Source of the DNA: Squalus acanthias
Lineage: Eukaryota
DNA: 64,000 bases
Assembly: GCA_030390025.1 (NCBI GenBank)
Contig: CM059432.1
Span: 87,918,001 to 87,982,000 of the forward strand
Reading direction: 5' to 3'
Part shown: positions 1 through 10,943 of the stretch, in pieces
Layout of the letters: each line of letters starts with the position of its first letter
Numbering within the stretch: the stretch's first letter is position 1
The notes under the pieces: generated by a model
What the model was told of the DNA's origin: nothing
What the model saw: the letters and a program-made list of their open reading frames with translations, nothing else
The model's database searches: none
Position numbers and translations under genes: made by a program

Positions 1-144
1 ATGACAGTCTGGCAACAGTGAAAAGAGCAACAACGAAGGCATTGGGTTTCCAGATGATAATGTACTGATTCAGGGGCCGTGAAGAGTTAAAGAGACACCA
101 TCATCAAGGAGAATGAGTTTGCCTTCCTGAAACGTTTTGCCGAA

Positions 145-151
145 TATAAAA
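145..151 (+). promoter_or_regulatory. Candidate TATA box of the PI15-like gene
   Basis: TATAAAA at 145-151, upstream of a donor-like site (340) and the first coding exon. Motif match only. Confidence 0.35.
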
Positions 152-174
152 GCCCAATAACTGTGACCTCAGAC

Positions 175-339
175 CAGCAGAAACCCCTCTCTCTTATAGG
201 GTTCCTTCCACGCCACATCCCTGCAAGTCTTACCTCACTCCTATCGCAAGAGTAAAATACTTTTCAAGAATCCTTCCAGACGGACTTTGAAATTTGGAAG
301 GACTCGACCTACATTTTTGCCAGTGACTGCATGCAAGAG
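175..339 (+). other. PI15: Putative non-coding first exon of the PI15-like gene
   Basis: Lies between the TATA-like box and donor GAG|GTGAGC (GT at 340). Candidate acceptors ctttattcag (ends 640) or tttgcag (ends 659) precede the ATG at 691. The start position is a guess. Confidence 0.35.
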
Positions 340-690
340 GTGAGCTAAATTTATCGTTAGACTAAATATATTTCTAACGCCAGAATAAGGGATTCGAAGA
401 GCAGCCGTGTTTATCGAAATATACATTGACCAGCAAGGAAAATACGAATTAATCAGGTTATTTTAAAAGTGTTAAACAGTTATCTGAATATTTCCATGTA
501 TTTGCTTTTGAAGAATAATATTGGAATGATGTATAGTTAATGTATTCACTAATATAGGATGCGGGGTTTTCCCCCCGAATTGGGAGTTTGGAAGTTGCAC
601 CTTAATGTTAAACTACCTGCACACATTGTTCTTTATTCAGTATAACATCTGGTTTGCAGTGCACCGCTCTTCAAACTTCAACCGGGAAAC

Positions 691-960
691 ATGAGGCTCT
701 GCTCCACACTGAGTCTGATCAGATTACTGTGCGCTCTGCATGGAACAAGTGCATTTGTTTCAGCAAATGTCACCGAAACGCTCCTTTCATCCAACTTCAG
801 CGAGAAAGAATCGTCTTGGAGAAAATATCTGGGACCTGGGAATGTCCCTAAAGCCAGACGGAGGCGATATATCTCCCAGAATGACATGTCGGTTATTCTC
901 GATTACCACAATAAGGTTCGAGGTCAAGTCAACCCACCTGCTGCAAATATGGAGTACATG
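691..960 (+). CDS. PI15: PI15-like peptidase inhibitor (CAP superfamily), coding exon 1: signal peptide, propeptide, furin-type site, start of CAP domain
   Basis: MRLCSTL...[38 protein letters not shown] matches the PI15 pattern [25 protein letters not shown]. 270 nt, donor GTGAGT at 961, phase 0. Confidence 0.93.
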
Positions 961-1873
961 GTGAGTTCATTGTCCCGTTTCTGAACATAATTCTCCCCCC
1001 CCCCCCCTCCCCCTCCCCGCTGGAATGCGTGTTCGCCAATCAAGCAATCATAGGCTGGTTTTAGTCAGGGGAGATGGTAACTAATACATTTCTAACACAG
1101 ATTCATAAATGTCTCAGCAGCTTCACACCCCCTACCGGAGAAACATGTTAAATAGCCAGAACGTACAAGAAATGCAGAGTTCTTCTTACTTTTCAGCGGT
1201 TTATTTAAAATTCCAAGGAATATGTCAAAAAGCGGAAGCTAAAGATTCACTGCAATACGGAAAATGAATTACTTTAATGCTCCAACTGGTTGGTCCAAGA
1301 ATTCCGTCCCCTTCAATGAGTTCGATAAAGAGTTCTGTATGAATGCAAATAAAATATTATTTGAAAAAAGAGACAATATTCCTACAGAAGGGCTTTTCAG
1401 GTCGAACGTTCTGAGGCTGCACACACTAACTTGGCCATTTAGTGGGATAAGGGATGTAGGAGATGCTTTTCTTGAAAAGTTATTCTAATATTTCACAGTA
1501 CATCTGTCAGCTTGTCTCTAGGGCCACGGGCGGGCAGCAGTGACAGACTAACACCATTTAATATCACCTTGTAGAATGTAAGCTGTACTGATCAAAACAA
1601 TACGAAGTGTTGGAAAATATAAACAGCCAACTCAAGCACTAAAACCTTTCTATTACCATTAATCACCTACTTTTCACTTTCAAATATATGCAATTTTGAG
1701 GAGATTAGTGGATCTGTATTCATGTTTTCCACAATATCAGTGGGTGATGTCCATTTTTGTTTGTCCTACAAAAAATAAGTAAAATGTATCTTCACTATAA
1801 TTATCCATTTGAAAGGCACACCAATCAATGAAAAAGTGCTTTTTATTTCTTTTCAAGCACACATGGTAAGGTA

Positions 1874-4385
1874 AATCATGTTAAGAGAGATGCAATAAAT
1901 ATAGAGTAGTGATAATGGGGGACTTCAACTATCCTAATATAGACTGGGATAGTAATAGTGTAAAGGGCAGGGAGGGGGAAGAATTTATGAAGTGTGTTCA
2001 GGGTAACTTTCTTGATCAGTACATTTCCGGCCCAATGAGGAAGGAGGCATTGCTGGATCAGGTTCTGGGGAATGAGATAGGACAAGTGGAGCAAGTGTCA
2101 GTCAGTAGGTGAGCATTTAGGGAACAGTGATCATAGTATCATAAGGTTTAGATTAGCTATGGAAAAGGACAGGGAGCAATCTAGAGTAAAAATACTTAAT
2201 TGGAGGAAGGCCAATTTCAGTGGGATGAGAACGGATCTGGCCCGGGTAAATTAGAATCAAAGATTGGCAGGCAAAACTGTAGTGGAACAATGGGCTGTCT
2301 TTAAAGAGGAAATAGTTCAGGTACAGTCGAGGTACATTCCCACTAGGGGGAAAGGTAGGGCAACTAAAGCCAGAGTTCCCTGGATGACGAAAGAGATAGA
2401 GAGTATGATCAAGCAGAAAAGGAGTGCATATGAACGATGTCAGGTTGAGAATACATCTGAGAATCTGGCTAAATATAGAAAGTTCAGAGGAGAAGTGAAA
2501 AAGAAAATAATAGGGGCAAAGAGAGGGTATGAGAATAGAAAGGCAGCTAACATAAAAGGTAATCCAAAAGTCTTCTATAGGCATATAAATAGTAAAAGGG
2601 TAGTAAGAGGAGGGGTGGGGCCGATTAGTGACCAAAAAGGAGACCTATGCATGGAGGCAGAGGGTATGGCTGAGGTACTAAATGAGTACTTCACCAAGTC
2701 TTCACTAAGGAAGAAGATGCTGCCATAGACATAGTGAAGGAGGAGGTAGAGGAGATACTGGATGGGATAAAAATTGTTAAAGACAAGGTACTAGAAAGGC
2801 TGGCTGTACTTAAAATAGATAAGTCACCAGAACCGGATGGGATGCATCCTGGGATGCTGAGGAAAGTGAAGGAAGAAATCGCGGAGGTACTGGCCATAAT
2901 CTTCCAATCCTCCTTAGAAATGGGGGTGGGGCCAGAGGACTGGAGAATTGCAAATGTTGTACCCTTGTTCAAAAAAGGGTGTAAAGATAAACCCAGCAAC
3001 TATAGGCCAGTCAGTTTGACCTTGGTAGTGGGGAAGTTTTTAGAAACAATAATCAGGGACAAAGTTAACAGTCACTTGGACAAGTGTGGATTAATTAAGG
3101 AAAGCCAGAACGGATTTGTTAAAGGCAAATTGGGTTTAACCAACTTGATCGAGTTTTTTGATGAGGTAACAGAGAGGGTTGATGAGGGCAATGCGGTTGA
3201 CGTGGTGTACATGGATTTCCAAAAGGTGTTTGACAAAGAGCCACATAATAGGCTTGCCAGCAAAGTTGAAGCCCATGGAATAAAAGGGACAGTGGCAGCA
3301 TGGATACAAAATTGGCTAAGTGATAGGAAACAGAGAGTAGTGGTGAACGGTTGTTTTTTGGACTGGAGGAAGGTATACAGTGGTGTTCCTCAGGGGTCAG
3401 TTCTAGGACCACTGCTTTTCTTGATATATATTAATGACTTGGACGTGGGTGTACAGGACACAATTTCAAAATTTGCAGATGACACAAAACTTTGAAGTAT
3501 AGTGAACAGTGAGGAAGATAGTGATAGACCTCAAGATGACATAGACAGGCTGTTGGAATGGGCAGACATGTGGCAGATGAAATTTAATGCAGAAAAATGC
3601 GAAGTGATACGTTTTGGTAGAAAGAATGAGGAGAGGAAATATAAACTAAAGGGAACAATCCTAAAGTGGGTGCATGAACAGAGAGTCCTAGGAGTACATG
3701 TACACAAATCGTTGAAGGTGGCAGGGCAGATTGAGAAAGCAGTTAAAAAAGCTTACAGGATTCTGGGCTTCATGAATAGAGGTATAGAGTACAAAAGCAT
3801 GGAAATTATGATGAACCTGTATAAAACACTGGTTTGGCCTCAACTGGAGTATTGTGTCCAATTCTGAGCACCACACTTTAGGAAGGATGTGAGGGCCTTA
3901 GAGAGGGAGCAGAAAAGATTTACGAGAATGATTCCAGGGATGTGGGACTTCAGTTATGTGGATAGATTGGAGAAGCTGGGGTTGTTCTCCTTAGAGCAGA
4001 GGAGATTTGATGGAGGTGTTCAAAATCATGAGGGGTCTGGACAGAGTAGATAGAGAGAAACTGTTCCCATTGGCAGAGGGGTCACGAACCAGAGGACACA
4101 GATTTAAGGTGATTGGCAAAAGAACCAAAGGCGACATAAGAAAAATCTTTTTTACACAGTGAGTGGTTAGGATCTGGAATGCACTGCCTGAAAGGGTGGT
4201 GGTGCAGACTCAATCACAGCTTTCAAAGTGAGTTGGATAAGTACCTGAAAGAATTTTTTTTGCAGGGCTATGGGGAAAGGGCGGGGGAGTGGGACTAGCT
4301 GAGGTGCTCTTGCAGAGAGCCAGCACGGACTCGATGGGCCGAATGGCCTTCCGTGCTGTAACGATTCTATGATTCTATGATTCTA
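1874..4385 (+). mobile_element. CR1 LINE, 5'-truncated, decayed
   Basis: APE remnants (IMGDFNYP, SDH region), RT motifs ([15 protein letters not shown]) broken by stops, tail (ATTCTATG)n at 4364-4385. Confidence 0.95.
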
Positions 4386-4539
4386 AAGTATATCATCGTG
4401 TCACTTACACTTGAATCATGATAGATGCAAAATGATAGCTGGTTCCTTTGGTTCATTATCCTTCCGAACACAGGAGTTACCAACAGTTTCATGAAAATGG
4501 TGTGACTTTAAAATCAACCAAATAAAACAAATTAAGATT

Positions 4540-4745
4540 AGGGGAATAGGAGGTTGGCACACTTTCCTTTCATCTCTGGGACCTGGCTTCAGATCCAATG
4601 TAGACTGATGGGACGAAACTCTCCTCTCTCTGCTGGCTGTAAGGAACCTGGTTGAAATGGGCTTAGACAGTCTCAACCCAATTCCGATTAGAAAAAACTG
4701 ATTCAAATTCGGCATACATTGGCAGCAAATTCACCATTTAGTCAG
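4540..4745 (+). repeat. Old SINE-like interspersed repeat
   Basis: Similar to the repeat at 54775-54821 plus 55526-55760 (gactgatgggacgaaactctcctct vs gactaatgggctgaatgtctcctct). Confidence 0.4.
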
Positions 4746-5480
4746 AAAGGCCATAATAAGAATTTGTGTTAGAATATTCAAATCCATACTGGTGGGGGTA
4801 CTTTTCTAATACATTACCGAGATGGAGTGGAGGGAGTTTTACTATGGTTCTGGCCATTCTATGCCTAGCCAACAAGTACTTGAAACTCACACTGAGTGCC
4901 GAAATGGAAAATGTTCTGATCTCCAGCAGTAACGTTCCTCACTTTGAACATACCATTTAATTGAAAGAAAAGCATCAACTTTAACAATAACTTTTATTTT
5001 CTGCTGGAAGAGTGAACACCGATGACATCATAAATGAAGAGGAGGAGTTTCTGAGCCAGATGGGATGAGGGGGCAGACCTGTAACTGAAGCATCCTGGGC
5101 TTTTAATGCATCAACTAAAGTTAATGAAGCACTCTTGCACTTCCAATCAGTCAATTCTGCAATCTGGTAGCCTACTACTGCAACAGCATGATTTTTTCCT
5201 ATAAATTTATCATCCTTGAAGCCTCTCTGAGAGATTGCTGAATTGTGGGAAGTTCTGCATTGTTTCCACCTTCTGGAACTGAATTGAAGCTTCCCGAACC
5301 CATTTCACATCGGACTCTTACAGCTGTCAGAGATCAGGCTTTTATCCAATCACTCAGTACTGGAGTCAAATCCAGATTGTAGAAGTGAAAGAATAGTATC
5401 CTAATCCATTGGACCACCCAATTCTCCCAGGATACACTGATCCAACAATATTGACTCCTCTGTATTTTTCCCATTTTCAT

Positions 5481-6057
5481 GTGCCCTGAATTTCTTCAAA
5501 GTTTGTCGCACCGTTGTTGCACCATAAAGTTACACTGCTTACCAGAAGAGGGGGTTGCATGCAAGTTTCCTGGATAAGTTAATTTACGATGCTGCTGTTG
5601 TATGCTCATTTTTATATGAAGTGGTGCAAGTTTAGAGAAATTGCATTAGAAAAGTGTAGTGAGCAGTTTAGGCACCAGAAAACGTGAGTGTAAAGCAGCA
5701 GAGCCTCTGTAAAGACTTGGTGACAGAAAGGGAAGGCTGCAGAGATTGTTTCCTTGCTCCTTTGCACTTCATCCACTTAGGGCATCTCCCCCCCCCCCAT
5801 TCTGAAGTGCCTCGTGCCGGAACACAGGCCAGCAGTGCCCACAGGACATCATGACAGGGCAACATCTCTCTAAAGGACTGTGAATATTTCACAGGAAGAC
5901 CTGCAAGCTCTCTTGGAAGAGGTGGAAGACAGGAGAGACAGACTGGGTGTGCCAGGCAGCAAGACGTCCAGGAGTGTCGGCCTTGGTGCCTGGAGAGATG
6001 TAGCTCAGTGTCAATGCCTTCGGTCTCGCCTCCACACACTGCTGGTCCTCCTCCATT
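5481..6057 (+). mobile_element. Harbinger fragment with decayed Myb/SANT exon (about 5851-6040)
   Basis: TIR-like start tgccctgaattt. A + frame reads RTVNISQEDLQALLEEVEDRRDRLG...AWRDVAQ, parallel to the Myb/SANT exon at 18907-19146. Truncated by a CR1. Confidence 0.6.
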
Positions 6058-6971
6058 AACATAAGAACATAAGAAATAGGAGCAGCTGTAGACCATTAGG
6101 CCCTTTGTGTCTGCTTCACCATTCAGTAAGATCATGGCTGATCTTTTACCTCAACTCCACCTTCCCACACTATCCCCATATCCCTTGATTCTCTTAGTAT
6201 CCAAAATTCTATCAACCTCTGTCTTGAATATACTCAATGACTGAGCTTCCACTGTTTTCTGGGGTAGAGCACTCCAAAGATTCACAACCCTTTGAGTGAA
6301 GAAATTTCTCCTCATCTCAGTCCTAAATGGCCGTCCCCTTATTCTGAGACTGTGACCCCTGGTTCTAGATTCCGCAGCCAGGGGAAACATCCTCCCAGCA
6401 TCACCCTGTCAAGCCCCTTAATAATTTTATATGTTTCAATGAGATCACCTCTCATTCTTCTAAACTCTATAGGCCTAGTCTACTCAATCTCTCCTCATAG
6501 GACAATCCCCTCATACCAGGAATCAGTCTAGTGAACCTTTGTTGCACTCCCACGAAGGCAAGTATATCCTTCCTTAGGTAAGGAGAACAAAACTCTACAC
6601 AGTCATCTAGCTGTGGTCTCACCAAGGTCCTATATGATTGTAATAAGACTTCTTTACTCTTATACTCCAATTCCTTTGTAATAAAGGCTAACATACCATT
6701 TGTTTTCCTAATTGCTTGCTGCACCTGCATGTTAAATTTTTGTGATTTGTGTACAAGGACACCCAGGTCCCTGTAAATACCAATTCCCAATCTCTCACCA
6801 TTTAAAAATATTCTGCTTTCTATTTTTCCTACCAAAGTGGATAACTTCACACTTCTCCACATTATACTCCATCTGCCATGTTCTTGCCCACTTACTTAAC
6901 CTGTCTATATCCCTTTGCAGCCTCTTTGCATCTTCCTCAGAACTTACTTTCCCATCTAATTTTGTATCAGA
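6058..6971 (-). mobile_element. CR1 LINE 3' fragment
   Basis: Minus-strand RT C-terminal peptides (DTKLDG..., RGHSLRIRGRPFRTEMRRNFFTQRVV); tail aacataagaacataag. Confidence 0.93.
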
Positions 6972-6989
6972 TGACATAGAGTGGTATGC

Positions 6990-7987
6990 CATGGGGGAAT
7001 GGTTTGGTTCAGCGGGATGTTAAAATTTTAAGAATCTGAATTCCGATTTCAACCCGCCCACTTCCGGTTTAAAGTAGGCGGGATGTGGGGAGTGGGCAAC
7101 CAACCTGCTCCCAGGAGGTGGGTTGGAAATTTAAATACTATAATGAGGCTACATGCCTCATATTTATCCACCATTTTAAATTTAACCCTGGCCGACCAAG
7201 TTTTCCGGGCCTCGGGAAACCCGGCAGCTAAAGGGGGACAAGGACTGCTGGATCCAGGAGGTAAGTGCCTTTCTACTGACCTGAATCCAGATTTCATGCT
7301 TCACCCACCCCTCACGATTGGACACTCCACTGACCTATCCAATCTCCCCCCCGACCCTTCCGTCTCCTCCACGTGGCCTCCAATCTCCCTAACCCTGGAC
7401 GCTGATATTGTCTCTGACCTCCGATCTCCTCCCAACCCCAGACCCCAATCTTTCCTCTGGCCTCCGATCTTCCTTCTGACCTCCGATCTCCCCCCCCCAC
7501 CCCCAACCACGGATCCCGATCTTTCCTCTGGCCTCCGATCTTCCTCACCACCTCCGGCCTTTCCGATCCCTCTTTCCATCCTCTCCACTCCCCGGCTGCG
7601 GCCTGGTGCCAAAGGCCTACCCACCTGACAGCCAAGCAGCCTTTCAATCTGGGCTGTGGCCGGGAAACGGAGATAACAATTGCTAATCAGGTCCTACCAT
7701 TAAATTTGGCAGGACCCTTGGGAAACCCATTCTTCCAGGTTTCCTGACCTCAAAGCAGCCCCCCCACTCCCTCCCTGCCTTTGTATTAATATCCAGCCCC
7801 CCACTCCCTCCCTGCCTTTGTATTAATATCCAGCCCCCCACTCCCTCCCTGCCTTTGTATTAATATCCAGCCCCCCACTCCCTCCCTGCCTTTGTATTAA
7901 TATCCAGCCCCCCCACTCCCTCCCTGCCTTTGTATTAATATCCAGCCCCCCCACTCCCTCCCTGCCTTTGTATTAATATCCAGCCCC
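6990..7987. mobile_element. Harbinger-type non-autonomous element (left end uncertain)
   Basis: 7660-7800 is homologous to 10800-10943 and ends in tattaatatccagcccc (TIR-like). Internal GAG|GTAAGT at about 7258 and ctccgatct repeats. Confidence 0.6.
7756..7987. repeat. Tandem repeat, about 37-38 bp x 6
   Basis: Unit cagcccccc(c)actccctccctgcctttgtattaatatc, differing only in C-run length; no spacers. Confidence 0.97.
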
Positions 7988-9345
7988 TTGTTTTGTTTAT
8001 CTATTACTCTCGCCTTTCCTGCCTTCCCTCCAGTCATTTTGAGATTCTGGAATAAATATAGTGGGATGAGTGTCTTTGGATCACCCCAATTCCTTAGTTA
8101 GTCCAGTGTGTTACATTTACATTCTAGGACTGGCAACACAAATTATATTTCTTTAGAAACGAATGGACAACGAGGTTGTTGGGGGAATCAGCTCAATGAA
8201 TCAGTACAGGTAGGCGTTCATTTTTTTTAAAACCATTTTTTTGTACAAATCTGTATGTGGATGGAGGTGGGGGGATGGAACACTTTCTATCTTACATCCC
8301 AGTGTCAGCAGGGCTCGTGTGATTTTCAAAGCTGTAGATATGTATAATGCTGGATTTTTCTTATATTCAGTTTCAGAAAGCAATGCAGTTCTACTGCTTA
8401 AATGTGGCCAGAACAGGTCTATTCTTAAGGAAGATGCAAATTCTATAATCTTTTGCTTTTGATAAGCTTCATATAGCACTGGATTTTCTAAGTCTACTTG
8501 TTGGAACAGACTTGTTCTCCACATAGATCATTATATAAAATTAGAAATAACTTGGATATATTGGTGGATGAATGTTTCATGACATTCCTCTGCCCACTAT
8601 TTTAATTGAGACATTAACTCATTTAAAACAAACAGGTTAAAATAATGTACAGATAAATGTCCTATGCTAATATCACCAATGGTAATTACCAGCCTATAGT
8701 CTACAAATGACAATCTTTAACTCCTTATGTTAATTGAAAACAGGAGAATTGGAAATGTACAATGAGTATTAGTTGAATGAAAAGTAGTAACTGTGAAATA
8801 TAAGCTGTTTGGTTTTGATTGGATTGGTTGAAGGTTTCTAAGCATCATGACATTGCCAATGATGACCAGCAGCTGGCTTGCAGCTTTAGAAAATGACAGA
8901 CCACCAACAAACGGATGGTGAAAAGGATGTCAGCCTTTCACCAGCATCATTTATAACCATTTCTAGCAGAGGTTCGAATGTTTACACAGGGAAGAGAAAA
9001 CAGACTTTAGAGGTGACTGAGTAGAAAAGGTCACAGGAACAAGGAGAGAAACAGAAAGGGCAAAACATCAGATGCAAAGGAGGCAATAACTATTGAATTA
9101 CAGAGATTCAAATAGCTATTGCTCCCATATCAATAAACACTGACCTGTATATCAAGGATGATGATAACTACTGACTCTTCATTATGAAAGGTAAGTTACA
9201 AAATGGTTTACCCATTTAAGTCAAGATGGCTTTTAACTTTAATAAAGGAGATTTCTTGTTTTTGTAACCATAGCATAACAGTGCCAGTTTTCTGAGTGTT
9301 TACATAATGACTACATAGGTTTGTGCACTAATGAGTAAATTTATA

Positions 9346-10943
9346 GGGGGAGAAATTTGTGTGTTTAGTGCCACACATTAGTGCCACGAGATGGGTTAGG
9401 ATTACCGCTCTACCGCCAACTGATGGCAGTTCCAGCGGCGCACGCCATTTCTGTGTTGCCGATAGTGCTGCCGCTAAACCCGATCGCCGGGGACATCGCG
9501 ATCACGGAGATCATGACGTCAATGAGTGTGTAACGCTCACTTGACGCCCGATTCCCCCAATTTTATTTTGGCCATTGCAGTTACTGGCTAGAGAAAGCAA
9601 CGACAGGTAAAGGTGGCGTGCAGCAGCAGGAAGCTTGCTGCAGCGACGATATTTAAAGGGATCATCACCAATCATTTGCACTTGACAGGGTTCTGCAGTT
9701 TGAGTGGCTGTGCGCTACTTCCTGCAACTGCAAGAGTTTTCTTTAGTTATTTCAAGGTTAGTTGGTTTCAGGGAATGTTCTGGCAAGTACAAAACTTCCT
9801 AATTATTTTTGACACGCTTCAAACTACAACGCTTGCTAAAAGTCATGGAGGCTGTACTGGCAGTCGACTTCGCCCTCCAGGATCTATGGCAGAGGGAGCG
9901 GAGGCAACGAGAAAGACGGGAACATGTGCGCAGAGGGCGGAGGAGGGCCATCAGGGCTCTCAACAGGAGGCCTTACCCACCTAGAGTCTTCCAACAGCAC
10001 TTCTCCTACCTTCAATTAAGCGAAGAGCAGTGTATTAGGAGGCTCCGCTTCACCAAGGAGGTGGTCACAGAACTCTGCCACCTCCTGCAACCAGACCTCC
10101 AGCCTCAGACCAGGGCGACCACGGCTCTCCCAGTGGCAGTCAAGGTCACCGTGGCCCTTAATTTCTTTGCCAGCAGATCCTTCCAGTCTGCAGCAGGAGA
10201 TATATCTAACATCGTACAGTTTGCCCTCCATTGCTGCATCCGGGAGGCCACAGAGGCTCTCTACACCAGGAGAAGGGACTACATTGGCTTCCCAATCACC
10301 AGAGAGAAGCAGGACGAGCGTGCATGTGGCTTTGCCATGATAGCAGGCTTCCCCATGGTGCAGGATACCATCGACTGCATCCACGTGGCTTTGCAGGCAC
10401 CACATAACAATCCTGAGATCTTCCATAACTGCAAAGGCAACCACTCACTTAATGTGCAGTTGGTGTGTGACCACACACAGCGAATCCTCAATGTCAATGC
10501 CCGCTATCCTGGCAGCAGCCACGATGCCTTCATCCTGCACCAGACCGGTGTGCCAGCACTCTTCCAGCCACCACGTCAAGCTCGAGGGTGGCTGCTCGGA
10601 GACAAGGGCTATCCCCTCTCCACCTGGCTCATGACTGCCCTCCGCAACCCCAACACTCGTGCCCAACACTCATATAATGAGAGCCATGCCGCCATCAGGA
10701 ACATTATCGAGCAGACCATCGGCCTACTGAAGAAATTCGGGAGGAGCTCTCCAGTACTCAGCTGAGCAGGTGTCCCATTTTGTGGTGGTCTGGTTGGCTG
10801 CGGGTGGGAAACAGAGGTTCCAAATGCAAATCGGCCCCTGCTGTTAACTTTGGCAGGGCCTGTGGGAAACCTGTTCTCCTGGGTTTCCTGACCGCTTCCG
10901 AGCCCAACCACTCCCAACCGGCCAAAGTATTAAAATTCAGGCC
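9346..10943 (+). mobile_element. PIF/Harbinger transposon remnant with chimeric ends
   Basis: Left end ATA|GGGGGAGAAATTT, right end AAAATTCAGGCC|AAT; encloses a transposase ORF. Confidence 0.8.
9845..10765 (+). pseudogene. Harbinger (HARBI1-like, DDE_Tnp_4) transposase, C-terminally damaged
   Basis: ATG at 9845; motifs [55 protein letters not shown] deletion or frameshift follows LLKK. Confidence 0.9.

Noticed and set aside
7049..7647. Pro-rich and Gly-rich ORFs
   Set aside because: They arise from low-complexity ctccgatct repeats within a non-autonomous element.
7756..7987. CRISPR-like array (37-bp repeats)
   Set aside because: The repeats are contiguous with no spacers, there are no cas genes, and the context is eukaryotic.
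9809..10765. Host HARBI1 gene
   Set aside because: There are three dispersed, damaged copies bounded by TIR-like ends, which indicates transposon copies rather than a single-copy domesticated gene.
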